Shown here: positions 1 to 9,908 of the stretch, one piece after another
Layout of the letters: every line of letters begins with the position of its first letter
Position numbering within the stretch: the first letter of the stretch is position 1
Source: an uncultured Nitrososphaerota archaeon
GTDB lineage: Archaea; Thermoproteota; EX4484-205; JAAOZP01
Assembly: GCA_964416155.1 (NCBI GenBank)
Contig: CAYQCW010000005.1
Coordinates: 87,364-151,363 of the forward strand
Reading direction: 5' to 3'
Length of the DNA: 64,000 bases
Position numbers and translations under genes: made by a program
The notes under the pieces: generated by a model
Seen by the model: the letters and a program-made list of their open reading frames with translations, nothing else
Databases searched by the model: none
What the model was told of the DNA's origin: nothing

Positions 1-197
1 TGAACATTAGAGAAACCACATTAGAGTTCCCCCAGTTAGAGGAACACGGTTTCGAGCTTCAGGGCGGACAAATCTTTTTAGGGCTTTTATTAGCAGGGCT
101 TGCCTTACCTTTACTTTACAAGCTTTTCAAAAGAATTAGAATCACGCGTAATTTAAGATTTATATTGGTTGTATGCCTTCAATTATATTCTATATAG
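1..197 (+). CDS. 3' end of a membrane-anchored protein (runs off the window)
   Basis: Frame 3 is open to TAG at 195-197: ...GGQIFLGLLLAGLALPLLYKLFKRIR..., a TM helix followed by a basic tail. Confidence 0.5.
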   Translation, partial: NIRETTLEFPQLEEHGFELQGGQIFLGLLLAGLALPLLYKLFKRIRITRNLRFILVVCLQLYSI

Positions 198-272
198 GGC
201 TAGAGCATGCTTTACCGTGTAAGCTCTTTGCTTTTCTACGAGAAACAGAGGAGTCCAGTTATTTCAACATGC

Positions 273-2060
273 TCAGTGCTCAACACTTGGCTTAACCTCC
301 AGTATCCTAGACTCGTCCTGAACCTTTTGAACAACTATAACGTGAGCATCCCTAACCGGAGGCGGAGTCCCGGGAGTAATACACAGATATGCAACCCCGG
401 GATTCTTCTCAACAACATCTGACAATATTTTGAAAAATTTATTTCTATTAATGGGATCCATATGCACATCCAATTCATCAATTCCTCTTATACTTGACTT
501 GACTAGTGATTGGAGGGCCATTAGGAATGATACTACTGTCGCGCTTCTCTCCCCGCCGCTCTGAGTGTACGCGTTGAACTCGGTTAGGGTGCTGCCTCCG
601 AAGCTCACGAAGATCATCAGGCCAGCGTTTTCAATGTCCTCGAGGTTTGCCAGTCTTAACTCGCCTATGCCGCCCATCACCTCTATGTTTCTCATGAAGC
701 TCTCGTTGACCCTGCTTATTGTTTCAACGATCTTCTTCCTCCATATTTCTATCCTGTCTTTAAGCTCGTTTTCAGCAGCCCTCCTGTTCTCAACAATCAC
801 CTTAACCTTCTGCTCAAGGTCGCTGTAAACGTTAAGATAGTTCTTGTAGAGCTCTTCAGCGTTCTCGCTGACTGTGCCGAGCGATGCTATTTGAATAATG
901 TAATCGTTAATCCTCTTCTCCAAGACGTCGGGGGGCTCAACCTCCTTGGGCGCCTCGCCTTCAAGCTGCTCCCTGGCTTCCCTAACCCTGTCTTCAACAG
1001 TCTTGATCTTCTCCTGGATTCTGCGGCGCTCCCTGTCAAGCTCCCTAATCCTGTATTTCAAGACTTCAGCCTTAACGTTAAGCTTCACGTAGCTTCTTAT
1101 CAGCCTGGTTATCTCCTCGTCCAGCTTGCTGTACTCGTCGATGAGGCTGTCGTCAAACCCTTTTTCAGATGCTTTGAAGAAAACTCTTTTAAGCTTCATC
1201 CTCGCCTTGTTAAGCCTGCCCCAAACCTTCTCATACTTCTCCACAGTCTTAGAGACTATCCGGTTGCCCTCAGCCATCCTAGCCTCAAGCTTGGAAACGT
1301 TCTCCACGAGCCTAGTCTTCTCAGCGTTAAGCTGGTTGTATATGCTCCATTTGAGAAGCCTGTTCAACTCAGCGTGGAGGGTTTGAAGCTCCCTCTTCCT
1401 AACAAGCTTCTCGTACTCGGCCCTCCACATTCCAAGCGTCTCGCGAGCCTCGTTTAAAAGGGCCTCTACAGACTTCTCCTCGCTGACAATCCTGCCTAGC
1501 CTCTCCTGCGAAGCCTTAATGTTCTCCCTTAGCCCAGACAGGCCGACAGCACCCTCGACAAGCCTGAGCTTCTCAGAAGGGTCGAGCGTGGCGAACTCTT
1601 CAATCATGTACTGGTGCATTATTATCAGCATGTTGGAAGGGTCTATGCCGAATAGGGAGAGGATCTCGTCAATCTCCATCTTTGTAGCAGGATTGTAGTT
1701 GATCTGGCTCCAGTACTCGCCGTCCCTCCTCAGGTACCTGGTTATCACAAGCTCGTCGGACCTTATGAATGAAACAGGTCTTTTACCATCCTGCCCAGGA
1801 GAATTGTCGAAGACCAGCGTCACCCTAGCAATATCCTCCCCGTTTCTAATCAGGTCGCTGAGCTTCTCAGCCCTGCCGCTCCTAGACTGGCCGAGGCCCA
1901 CGGAAACCCCAAGCAGGATCGAGGACTTCCCGGACCCGTTTGGGCCTAGAATAAGGTTAAGCTTGGGGTGAACAGGTGTCCTAGCGTACTTGTAGCTCAT
2001 AAAATTCTCTAAAATCACTTCTTTCAATCGAAGACCTTTTTCTTGCTCCGTCGCCTCCAC
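273..2060 (-). CDS. Compact SMC-family ATPase (Smc5/6-like / ClsN-Sph-like), 595 aa
   Basis: ENFMSY, Walker A GPNGSGKS, long coiled coil, signature QSGGERS, Walker B/D-loop IDELDVHMD. Confidence 0.9.
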   Translation of the reverse strand: MEATEQEKGLRLKEVILENFMSYKYARTPVHPKLNLILGPNGSGKSSILLGVSVGLGQSRSGRAEKLSDLIRNGEDIARVTLVFDNSPGQDGKRPVSFIRSDELVITRYLRRDGEYWSQINYNPATKMEIDEILSLFGIDPSNMLIIMHQYMIEEFATLDPSEKLRLVEGAVGLSGLRENIKASQERLGRIVSEEKSVEALLNEARETLGMWRAEYEKLVRKRELQTLHAELNRLLKWSIYNQLNAEKTRLVENVSKLEARMAEGNRIVSKTVEKYEKVWGRLNKARMKLKRVFFKASEKGFDDSLIDEYSKLDEEITRLIRSYVKLNVKAEVLKYRIRELDRERRRIQEKIKTVEDRVREAREQLEGEAPKEVEPPDVLEKRINDYIIQIASLGTVSENAEELYKNYLNVYSDLEQKVKVIVENRRAAENELKDRIEIWRKKIVETISRVNESFMRNIEVMGGIGELRLANLEDIENAGLMIFVSFGGSTLTEFNAYTQSGGERSATVVSFLMALQSLVKSSIRGIDELDVHMDPINRNKFFKILSDVVEKNPGVAYLCITPGTPPPVRDAHVIVVQKVQDESRILEVKPSVEH

Positions 2061-2424
2061 TGGTGTTAGGAGTTTTCAAGGACTTAGATAAGGGTTTTTG
2101 CGCTGCCTCCACCGGTTAAACGCTTGGATTCTGCGTGTTTGAAAAGCTACTGTGGCTGGAGAATGGGCGCGCTTTCCCGTCCTTGGGTTAAAAACGCTAT
2201 TCTTGGAGCTTAACGCGTTTTCCCAACGTTTAGCCGGCGACTTTCTTCCGTTAAGATTTATAAAAGAGTTTTCCTGAAGGTTAGCAGGGGGTATGGCTGA
2301 GGCTAAGGTTTCCAAGCTTTACGAGCTTATACTCGTGTATATGAAAACAAGAATATGGTGGACAGGGAGATAAGCATGTTGATGAGGGAGGGGCTGAATA
2401 GGGAAGGGGCTATAAACAAACTCT

Positions 2425-2694
2425 ATGAGTGACAAAGGTGAAAAGGCTCCTCCCGCAATTCAGCCGCAATACAAGTATGATGGGGAATTCTGGGGCATAT
2501 ACTATCTTCCAATAAGCAGCTTTGAGGAGGAGCTGCCGAAACTCGGCGAAACCTTGGACTACATGGAGGAGAACCATGGCGAGGTGATAACGGTTATTCC
2601 AAACATGGGCATAACGCCGACGAGCATCCTGCTAGGGACTTCTTTCCAAGGCGTCAAGAGATTTAGCATAGTATATAGGAAGCGGAAGCCATGA
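2425..2694 (+). CDS. Hypothetical protein, possibly with a frameshifted N-terminus starting at ATG 2293
   Basis: 89-aa ORF; upstream reads MAEAKVSKLYELILVY/ENKNMVDREISMLMREGLNREGAINKLYE across a shift, after TTTATAAA near 2257. Confidence 0.45.
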   Translation: MSDKGEKAPPAIQPQYKYDGEFWGIYYLPISSFEEELPKLGETLDYMEENHGEVITVIPNMGITPTSILLGTSFQGVKRFSIVYRKRKP

Positions 2695-2813
2695 GCCTCC
2701 ATTAAACGTATTCGATGCTCTTGTTATTGTCCTCGTGATGCTAAGTCTCATACTGGCTGTAAACCAATGTTAATCATGGTTGGGAAACAGCTTTCTGAAA
2801 AACGGGTTTTCAA

Positions 2814-3659
2814 CTATGTTTTTATCGTGTACTCGCAGTATGGGTCTCCTTTCGCTATGCATTTTGTTTCGACGGCTTTCACCTCTTTCTCGAATATGCT
2901 TGTTAAGAATCCTGCTAGGACGCCTCTGGTGAAGTGCCCGTAGGGTGTTTCACTATCCTTGCCGGTTTCACACTCGAAGCTTTGATATACACGTATCTCT
3001 GCTTCTCCTTTTTCAACGTTTAACCTCACAATATCAATTATCCCCCAGCCGGATGTTCTAAAATAGGCCTTACTGAGCCCGACTAGTGTCTCAGGATCCT
3101 CTATGCGGGTGTCCTCCCTATAGGCTTGGCATGTTCTACACCCTACGGCAAAGCCTTGATAATAGAGCATTGCTTCCCCTGCTGTTCCAAACTTCTCCCT
3201 TATCCCTTTGAAAAGGGATTCGTAGACCCTCCTCCTGAATATTACAGCCCTCTTCTTTCCAAAGACGAGCGGGAAGAAATAATTGTCGAAAAGTAATCCT
3301 TCGTAATTCGGTACTATGAGGTGGGCGCTTCTTACGAAAGGCTGTTTCCTGACAAGTCTCAAAGCCTCCTGAGGAGTAACACTTGTGTCCGAGAAATCTA
3401 GGAAAACAATCGCCTTAGCAAGACTATCGTGTGGCTCAACATTGGAAAATTGGATAAACCTTATTACGATTCCTGCTTGCTCAGCAACCTCGGCAAGTCT
3501 CCTGATAACACCTTTCTCAACAATGGTCTCCAGAACAACACCATACCATCTCTGACCCGCGTCAAGAATCACCATCCTCCCCAAGTTTAAAGGGTTAAAG
3601 TATTCACCTGGCTGCGGCTGATACGTGAGCTCTTCCCCTACAACTTTACACTCCTCCAT
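2814..3659 (-). CDS. ACT-like + V4R domain protein
   Basis: GWG motif, SFEC, GHFTRGVLAG, ETKCIAKGDPYCEY typical of V4R. Confidence 0.85.
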   Translation of the reverse strand: MEECKVVGEELTYQPQPGEYFNPLNLGRMVILDAGQRWYGVVLETIVEKGVIRRLAEVAEQAGIVIRFIQFSNVEPHDSLAKAIVFLDFSDTSVTPQEALRLVRKQPFVRSAHLIVPNYEGLLFDNYFFPLVFGKKRAVIFRRRVYESLFKGIREKFGTAGEAMLYYQGFAVGCRTCQAYREDTRIEDPETLVGLSKAYFRTSGWGIIDIVRLNVEKGEAEIRVYQSFECETGKDSETPYGHFTRGVLAGFLTSIFEKEVKAVETKCIAKGDPYCEYTIKT

Positions 3660-4042
3660 TATTCTTATCCTCCGGGTAGACGATTTCGTCAGTGTTAATT
3701 AAAGAAATGTTAAAGCAAAAGTTTACACACTGTAACGCGCACTAATCTTATAATGGCGAAATCATGGGGAAAACTCGTTTCTTAGCCATTAAAAGGGTTG
3801 GTTCGTTTATCGTCTAATTCTACATCGCCTTGAATGATGGCGAATTTTCAACGAAAGCATGAAAAGATGGTTAAAGGCAAAATCTTAGAAAAACATCTTA
3901 AATAATATGTTCGCCACAGGGAGATTAAACAGGCTTGTCGCATAGGTCCAGATGTTGATTAGGAATGATAATTGGTCTTAGAATTAACACTTATATCCCT
4001 TCTTTTAGTTGTCTCAGTGCTCCGGAAAGCGGGTTGAAATGA

Positions 4043-4756
4043 ATGTCGTCAAGCAGATACGCTGAGCTGATCGAGAGAATTACCCGTCTGTGCGATGAGG
4101 TTATTGAGAAGAATATTGATCCTTTCGTCGTCGATGTTAAGGAGAGTCTAAGGAGGCTCAGAGAGGGCTTGTCTGAGATGGATGAGAAGACCCTGGTTAT
4201 GAACATGGCTGCGCTGCTTAAAATAATCTATGTTATTGCCCTCCAGCAGGAGGATGTTAAGAAGAAGGCTAGCAGACTATACTTGGACCCGTTTCTAATG
4301 GAGGTTAGGCTCATGGGCCTGGACAGGGAGAGGCTTTCAGAATCGTTCCTAAAGGCTTTCAGGCCTGTCGCTGAGAACGAGCAGGCCACCCTGGGGTGCA
4401 TGCGTTTAGCCTACGGCTACTGGGTTAACCTCAGGGAATACAGCCTGCCCGGAGTCGGAGTGGCTCCTGAGGCGGGGACGCTTAACGCGCTTGCCGAAAT
4501 CCTTCCGATGGAGGAGGCTAACTTAGAGAGGGAGATGGAAAAGCTTCTCAGCGAGATTGGACGCGGAATGATCGACTATTATGATTTCGTGGGTAGAGAG
4601 GGTGAGGACAGGAAGGTATTTAGAGCACTAGTGTTGAGCTTTCTCATGATGAGGGGCCTAGTGGGGGTTGTTCAGGATCCTTTGAAGAACAGGGTCTGGA
4701 TATTCAGGTCGAGCCCTAAAAACATTGGCAAGCATTCTGTGGCCCTGCCAGTCTAG
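4043..4756 (+). CDS. ScpA/kleisin-like protein
   Basis: N-terminal IDPFVVDV resembles ScpA (IDPWDIDI); C-terminal FRALVLSFLMMRGLV.V.QD resembles the kleisin cWHD; close to the SMC gene. Confidence 0.65.
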   Translation: MSSSRYAELIERITRLCDEVIEKNIDPFVVDVKESLRRLREGLSEMDEKTLVMNMAALLKIIYVIALQQEDVKKKASRLYLDPFLMEVRLMGLDRERLSESFLKAFRPVAENEQATLGCMRLAYGYWVNLREYSLPGVGVAPEAGTLNALAEILPMEEANLEREMEKLLSEIGRGMIDYYDFVGREGEDRKVFRALVLSFLMMRGLVGVVQDPLKNRVWIFRSSPKNIGKHSVALPV

Positions 4757-4769
4757 GAAGTGTTAAAGG

Positions 4770-5321
4770 TTGGAGCAGGAGGAGAGGATTAGGAGCAGGG
4801 TTGCGCGGGCCGTCCAACTATTGTTCTTCAAAAGCCATAGGATTCCAGGCGTCAAGGGCTGGGAGCTAAAGAAGAACCTTGGGCCAGGCTACCTCTCAAT
4901 AATCAAGTTTCTAAACACGCGCCTCCAGGACCTGGGACTCACGATAAAGATTGTTTCAGACGACGGTAGGGAGCTCAGCATGACCGAGGATGAGAGCAGG
5001 CTTTCAACGGCAAGGTTCTACGTGACGCTTAGGGATGAGCTCAGCCTGACTGCAGCAAAAACCATGGGCTGGTCTATAGACGAGATAGCCGGCTTGGCTG
5101 TAGTGATATCTACAATAATCTCTAGAAAGGGCTCAGCTCCGGTTAAAGAGGTTGAGGAGATCCTTAGGAAAAAGTTTCCCGAGTGGCGGGTCAGGCTGAA
5201 CCTCTCAAGGTACATTAAAAGAGGCTATATTGCTGAGGATGGGAGCAACCTTGTGTTAGGCTGGAGGACTTTTGCTGAGCTTGACGTTGAGAAATTTGTG
5301 CATTACATTTTAAGCGCTTGA
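4770..5321 (+). CDS. Kite (tandem winged-helix, Nse1/Nse3/MAGE- or ScpB-like) protein
   Basis: LNTRLQDLGLTI in WH-A; YIKRGYI...LVLGWRTFAEL resembles the G-x-R-x-x-x-E motif of Nse1/Nse3; apparently co-transcribed with the kleisin-like gene. Confidence 0.65.
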   Translation: MEQEERIRSRVARAVQLLFFKSHRIPGVKGWELKKNLGPGYLSIIKFLNTRLQDLGLTIKIVSDDGRELSMTEDESRLSTARFYVTLRDELSLTAAKTMGWSIDEIAGLAVVISTIISRKGSAPVKEVEEILRKKFPEWRVRLNLSRYIKRGYIAEDGSNLVLGWRTFAELDVEKFVHYILSA

Positions 5322-5545
5322 CACCGTGTGTTTGTCAAAAGCCTGTTGCAAGCAGTGGGCGAAAGAATGCTTGAAAAGCATTCGGGCTGGTGACAGTTGC
5401 TTTACGTTGCGGCTGAAACTTGAATGCCAGTTTGGTTGAGGAGGAAAAATTGAGAGGCCTTGAGCTTGACGAAGAAAACACACGCGAATAATAATGAGAT
5501 ATGTGCGTTAAAAAGCTAAATAGTTTAGCATAATCTGTATGCGCC

Positions 5546-5700
5546 TTGATAAGAGTAGGTGTAGTGGGAGCAGGGGGCATATTTAAGAAGTTACACCTGC
5601 CGTATTACCGGTCGTCGAAAAAGGCTAGGTAATATGCACGATATGAGCGAGGCGGTCAGCTATGTTCCTGAGATGCCTGACGATGACACCTGTCAAACTA
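5546..5700 (+). pseudogene. N-terminal remnant of a Gfo/Idh/MocA oxidoreductase
   Basis: MIRVGVVGAGGIFKKLHLPYY then a stop; Rossmann GxGxxx start. Confidence 0.7.
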
Positions 5701-5706
5701 GCGCGC

Positions 5707-5832
5707 GCTTCCGTCCTTGGGGCATTGAAGAACGTAGGCTTCACAGGATGGGTAATACTGGAAATCCAGCCGACGGACAATCCTCTGGTAGCCTGCAGGA
5801 TGAGCTTGGAGTTTCTGCGCAGACTACTCTGA
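5707..5832 (+). pseudogene. C-terminal remnant of a sugar-phosphate isomerase/epimerase (xylose-isomerase-like barrel)
   Basis: ASVLGALKNVGFTGWVILEIQPTDNPLVACRMSLEFLRRLL*. Confidence 0.7.
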
Positions 5833-5911
5833 AAATCTGATTAGGGAGGATAGACTGATTTAAGCATAAATTTATATCGACAGAAAATTCATAAAATATT
5901 GGTGTTCAAGT

Positions 5912-6892
5912 TTGAAGTACAGAAAACTCGGAAGAACAGGAATCGAGGTGAGCGAGATAGGGTTTGGCGGGTGGGGAATAGGCGGCGGGTGGGGACTGAA
6001 GGATGACGAGTCGGCTTTTCTCGCACTAAAAAGGGCAATCGATCTTGGAGTAAATTTCTTTGATACTGCGTTGGTCTATGGGGACGGCCACAGTGAAAAG
6101 CTGATAGGAAAGGCGGTACGCAAGATTAGAGAAAACGTGGTGATCACCACAAAGGTTCCTCCAAAGACTTATAGGTGGCCAGTTTTGCCAAACGAGCCTA
6201 TATCAGAAACGTTTCCATCAGAGTGGATAATACAATGCACGGAGAAGAGTCTCAAGAACCTTGGAACAGACTATGTGGATGTTCAGCAGCTTCATGCTTG
6301 GACAGACCAGTATACTGGCGAAAAGGATTGGCAAGAGGCTGCAGTCTACTTGAAGGAGCAGGGCATGATAAGGGCCTTCGGGGTGTCGGCAAATGACTGG
6401 GACCCTTACGGGCCAGTGAACCTGATCAAGTCCGGAAAGATAGATACTGTTCAAGTCATATATAACATCTTCGAGCAGAGACCTGCGGAGAGGCTTCTGC
6501 CAGCAGCGTTGGACAAGAATGTGGGTATAATAGTCAGGGTTCCTTTCGAAGAGGGTCTTTTGACTGGGAAGATTAACGAGAGCTACAAATTTGCGGAAGG
6601 AGACTGGAGGTCGGAATGGTTAACACCCGGCAGGATTAGGGAAGCGACGAGAAGGATAAAGGAACTTGAGCGCTTTCTTAATGAGGGTGCGCCTACTCTA
6701 GCCATCCTTGCCCTTAAATTCTGCTTAAGCCATCCGGCAGTGTCAACTGTAATTCCTGGAATGCGCAAGGTGTTGCATGTTGAGGAGAACTGTAAAGCCT
6801 CTGATGGCAAGTTGCTTTCTGAAGACACGTTGGTTGAGCTTAAAAGGCATGCCTTTGTGCATGGATGGGAATATCCTTGGAGTCAAAAGTAG
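5912..6892 (+). CDS. Aldo/keto reductase
   Basis: YRKLGRTG..VSEIGFGGW, FFDTALVYG, TVIPGM. Confidence 0.95.
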   Translation: MKYRKLGRTGIEVSEIGFGGWGIGGGWGLKDDESAFLALKRAIDLGVNFFDTALVYGDGHSEKLIGKAVRKIRENVVITTKVPPKTYRWPVLPNEPISETFPSEWIIQCTEKSLKNLGTDYVDVQQLHAWTDQYTGEKDWQEAAVYLKEQGMIRAFGVSANDWDPYGPVNLIKSGKIDTVQVIYNIFEQRPAERLLPAALDKNVGIIVRVPFEEGLLTGKINESYKFAEGDWRSEWLTPGRIREATRRIKELERFLNEGAPTLAILALKFCLSHPAVSTVIPGMRKVLHVEENCKASDGKLLSEDTLVELKRHAFVHGWEYPWSQK

Positions 6893-6909
6893 GCACGGTT
6901 ACGTTTATC

Positions 6910-9825
6910 TTAATCCCGGGCGTTTGACTCTTTATCGTTCGCCTGAAGCCTTCTCCTCTCCGCATCCACAATCATCTTCAAAAGGTCTTCTCCAGTCATG
7001 CTCCTCCTCAACAATATTTTTTCGACAGTCTTCAGACTTAATCCTCTTCCAGCCAAGGCTAGAGCGGCGTCACTGCCGTACTTCTCAAGCAGCTCCGCTG
7101 TCCTCGCAATCCTCCTGAAAACCGTCTTCGTCTTTTTAGATTTTCCACGTCTAATCCTAACTCCTGGAGTAGGGTTCACTCCAAGCGTGCCACCGCACCT
7201 GCTACATCTAACCCCCGGCGTGAATTCTCCTGGTTTAACAGTGCCGTGCGTAAGGCCGCATTCGCCGCAAACAAGCTCTAAAGAGGTGTTCCTAAGCCTT
7301 GCGGAAGCATACATTAAAACTATTTTTTCAACGTTCTCAGGCGTGTAAATATCGAGATGCCTCTCAGCCTGTCTTAGAATCGGCTGAGCCAAGGGGGAGG
7401 GCTCGCCAAGGTTCTCGTAGATCACTGCTTCCACCCTCCCGGAGGACAGGTCTCTTAAAAGCTGTAAGAGGGGTTTTGCCTCATAGTCTTTAGACAGAAG
7501 CTCTTTAACAGCCTCATCGTAAACCACGGTGCCTCTACTACTCCTTATCAGGGTTTCAAGCCTTATGGAGGTTAGGTCAGCATCCTTCTCTATTATCCCC
7601 ATTCTCCTGGCGACGTGCAGAAACCTTCTTTTGAACAATCCCACTGTCTCAATGTTTTCAAGCATTATCCTCTCAACATCCTTCTCGCTGAGACTCTTAA
7701 TCCTCTCAAGTATGATTGAGGGTGAGATTGCTCGCTCAACCATAACCCTGTAAGGGTCTCTGCTCACCGGGACGGTTAAGCCTATTTCGGAGAGCACTAT
7801 GTGGCCGACGACTCTTGACAAGGCCCTGTTCCCCAGATCCCCTAGGCAGACGTGTATGATGGTGTAGTCCCTCCATTTCTCGAAAACTATCCTCCAGTCT
7901 GTTCCAACCGGGATGTTTCTTTTAAGACACTCCACGATTGGTTTAACGGCTTTAAACGCAATATCCTCGTCAACCCTATAGTTTTGCGAAACGGCTTCAG
8001 CAATCTCCTTCAAACCCAAGCCCTCGGAATACTTTTCCTCAACCATCCTTCTTAAAGCACCCACCTCCATGGCTGTTTCATAAACCACGGGTATTTCCTC
8101 GCCAGTCCAGAAGGGTACGGCTCCAAGCGGGTCCTCAGCCCTCTTCACAATAACCCTGCCCTCGTAAACCTGGATTATCGACCAAACTAGGCCCCCCATT
8201 ACGAACTTGGTGCCTGGGAGCCCCTTCTCCGCAACGAACTCCTCATCTAGGTTTCCTATAACCGTGTTATCCTCCTCGTTCACAACCGGGTACTGTTTGA
8301 TCTCAGGGATGCTTGAAACATGCTCGAAGAAGAACTTTATCAACCCGCTCTTCCTCCCCGCTCTGACCGCGTCACTATACTCGTCAAAGGCCAGTAGCCT
8401 CGGGTATTGTGACGAAAGGAATTCCAGAACCCGTTTCAAGGATTCTCTTGAAAGCCTCGCGTACGGTGTGCTTCCTCGAACCAGTTTCAGGATCTCCTCC
8501 AATGTTAGCCTAGGTTTCTCAAGAAGCATTCCGACGGTCTGATGCGCCAATATGTCGAATGGCTCTTCAGGGGGTGAAACAGGCTCGTAAACATTGTTTA
8601 ATGCTCTTCTCCTTATAACCATGGATTCAACAGCATCATCCACATCCATACATATAATCAGCCCCCTAGGCGTCAAGCCGATCCTATGCCCGCTTCTTCC
8701 GATCCTCTGAACCAGCCTAGAGGCCTGTCTCGGAGAGCCGTATTGCACGACGAAGTCGACGAGCCCAACATCTATCCCGAGTTCAAGGCTGGAGGTGCAT
8801 ACTAGGCCTCTCAACTCCCCTTCCTTCAAGCCTTCTTCCGCCTTAACCCGGGCTTGAACACCCAGTGAACCGTGGTGGATTGAAACCGGTGTCGGAAGGT
8901 TCATCACGAGCAGCTTGTTAGACAACGCTTCAGCAGTCGCCCTAGTATTGGTGAAGAGGAGAACAGCCTGCCTCTCCCTAAGAACCTCCTTTATGACTCG
9001 AAGCCTTGCGGATACTTCGGGTGTTGTCAAAAGCTTTTCGGCTGTAACATAGTCATCCTCCACAACATCTGGGAGAATCATGCCTATCTCCATGTCTCGA
9101 GGAACAGGTGTTGAAACAACCTTGAAATCTCCTCCTGAACCCGCCATGAAGCGGGCCAGGAGCTCCGGCTCACCTATTGTCGCCGATAGGCCTATTATCT
9201 GTATTCTCTCCCCCGTGATCCTTTTAAGCCTCTCAAGGGCGAGCGAGAGCTGGCTGCCCCTCTTGTCTGAGGCTAGCTCATGAAGCTCGTCGACCACAAC
9301 CCATCTGACGGTTTTAAGATGGCTCCTCAGCCTAGACCCTATTAGTAGTATTTGGAATGTTTCCGGAGTGGTTACGAGAATATGAGGAGGGCTTAATGAT
9401 TGCGTCCGCCTCTCGGAGGACGGGGTGTCGCCATGCCTGACGGAGAGCTTGAAGTCAAGCCTGCTGGCCCACCAGCTGATCCTGCCTACAAGATCCCTAT
9501 TTAAAGCCCTCAGCGGAGTAATGTAGATTAGGAAAATACCTGTCTTAACATTAGCCCTGTCCTCGAGCATAAGGCTGAGCACCGGGAGTATTGCCGCCTC
9601 AGTCTTACCTATTCCGGTTGGCGCCACTATCAAAACGTTCTCTCCTGCGAGTATCCTAGGTATGGCCATTAGTTGAGGCTCTGTGAGTGGGATAAGCCCT
9701 TTCTCCACCACCAGCCTAGCTACTGGTTCCGCAAGCCTCGAAACAACTGTCTCGCTGGAAGGGCTTTCCACGAGTCCATTAAACACGCGACGGTTGAAAA
9801 ACATTCTCTTCCAGCTGTAAAACAA
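6910..9825 (-). CDS. lhr: Lhr-family DEAD/H helicase
   Basis: APTGIGKT, VVVDELHE, TSSLELGID, QRIGRSGH, C-terminal Zn finger. Confidence 0.93.
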   Translation of the reverse strand: MFYSWKRMFFNRRVFNGLVESPSSETVVSRLAEPVARLVVEKGLIPLTEPQLMAIPRILAGENVLIVAPTGIGKTEAAILPVLSLMLEDRANVKTGIFLIYITPLRALNRDLVGRISWWASRLDFKLSVRHGDTPSSERRTQSLSPPHILVTTPETFQILLIGSRLRSHLKTVRWVVVDELHELASDKRGSQLSLALERLKRITGERIQIIGLSATIGEPELLARFMAGSGGDFKVVSTPVPRDMEIGMILPDVVEDDYVTAEKLLTTPEVSARLRVIKEVLRERQAVLLFTNTRATAEALSNKLLVMNLPTPVSIHHGSLGVQARVKAEEGLKEGELRGLVCTSSLELGIDVGLVDFVVQYGSPRQASRLVQRIGRSGHRIGLTPRGLIICMDVDDAVESMVIRRRALNNVYEPVSPPEEPFDILAHQTVGMLLEKPRLTLEEILKLVRGSTPYARLSRESLKRVLEFLSSQYPRLLAFDEYSDAVRAGRKSGLIKFFFEHVSSIPEIKQYPVVNEEDNTVIGNLDEEFVAEKGLPGTKFVMGGLVWSIIQVYEGRVIVKRAEDPLGAVPFWTGEEIPVVYETAMEVGALRRMVEEKYSEGLGLKEIAEAVSQNYRVDEDIAFKAVKPIVECLKRNIPVGTDWRIVFEKWRDYTIIHVCLGDLGNRALSRVVGHIVLSEIGLTVPVSRDPYRVMVERAISPSIILERIKSLSEKDVERIMLENIETVGLFKRRFLHVARRMGIIEKDADLTSIRLETLIRSSRGTVVYDEAVKELLSKDYEAKPLLQLLRDLSSGRVEAVIYENLGEPSPLAQPILRQAERHLDIYTPENVEKIVLMYASARLRNTSLELVCGECGLTHGTVKPGEFTPGVRCSRCGGTLGVNPTPGVRIRRGKSKKTKTVFRRIARTAELLEKYGSDAALALAGRGLSLKTVEKILLRRSMTGEDLLKMIVDAERRRLQANDKESNARD

Positions 9826-9908
9826 TCAGCTAACGGATTAAGGCTCTTTCCAACCCGTTTGACTGGAGGCGCCTGCTCAGATAAGCAGTTTTAACAGAAA
9901 CGTTTCCA

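Noticed and set aside
2095-2115. Possible duplicate of the SMC start (GTGGAGGCAGCGCAAAAA vs GTGGAGGCGACGGAGCAA)
   Set aside because: Too short to distinguish from chance
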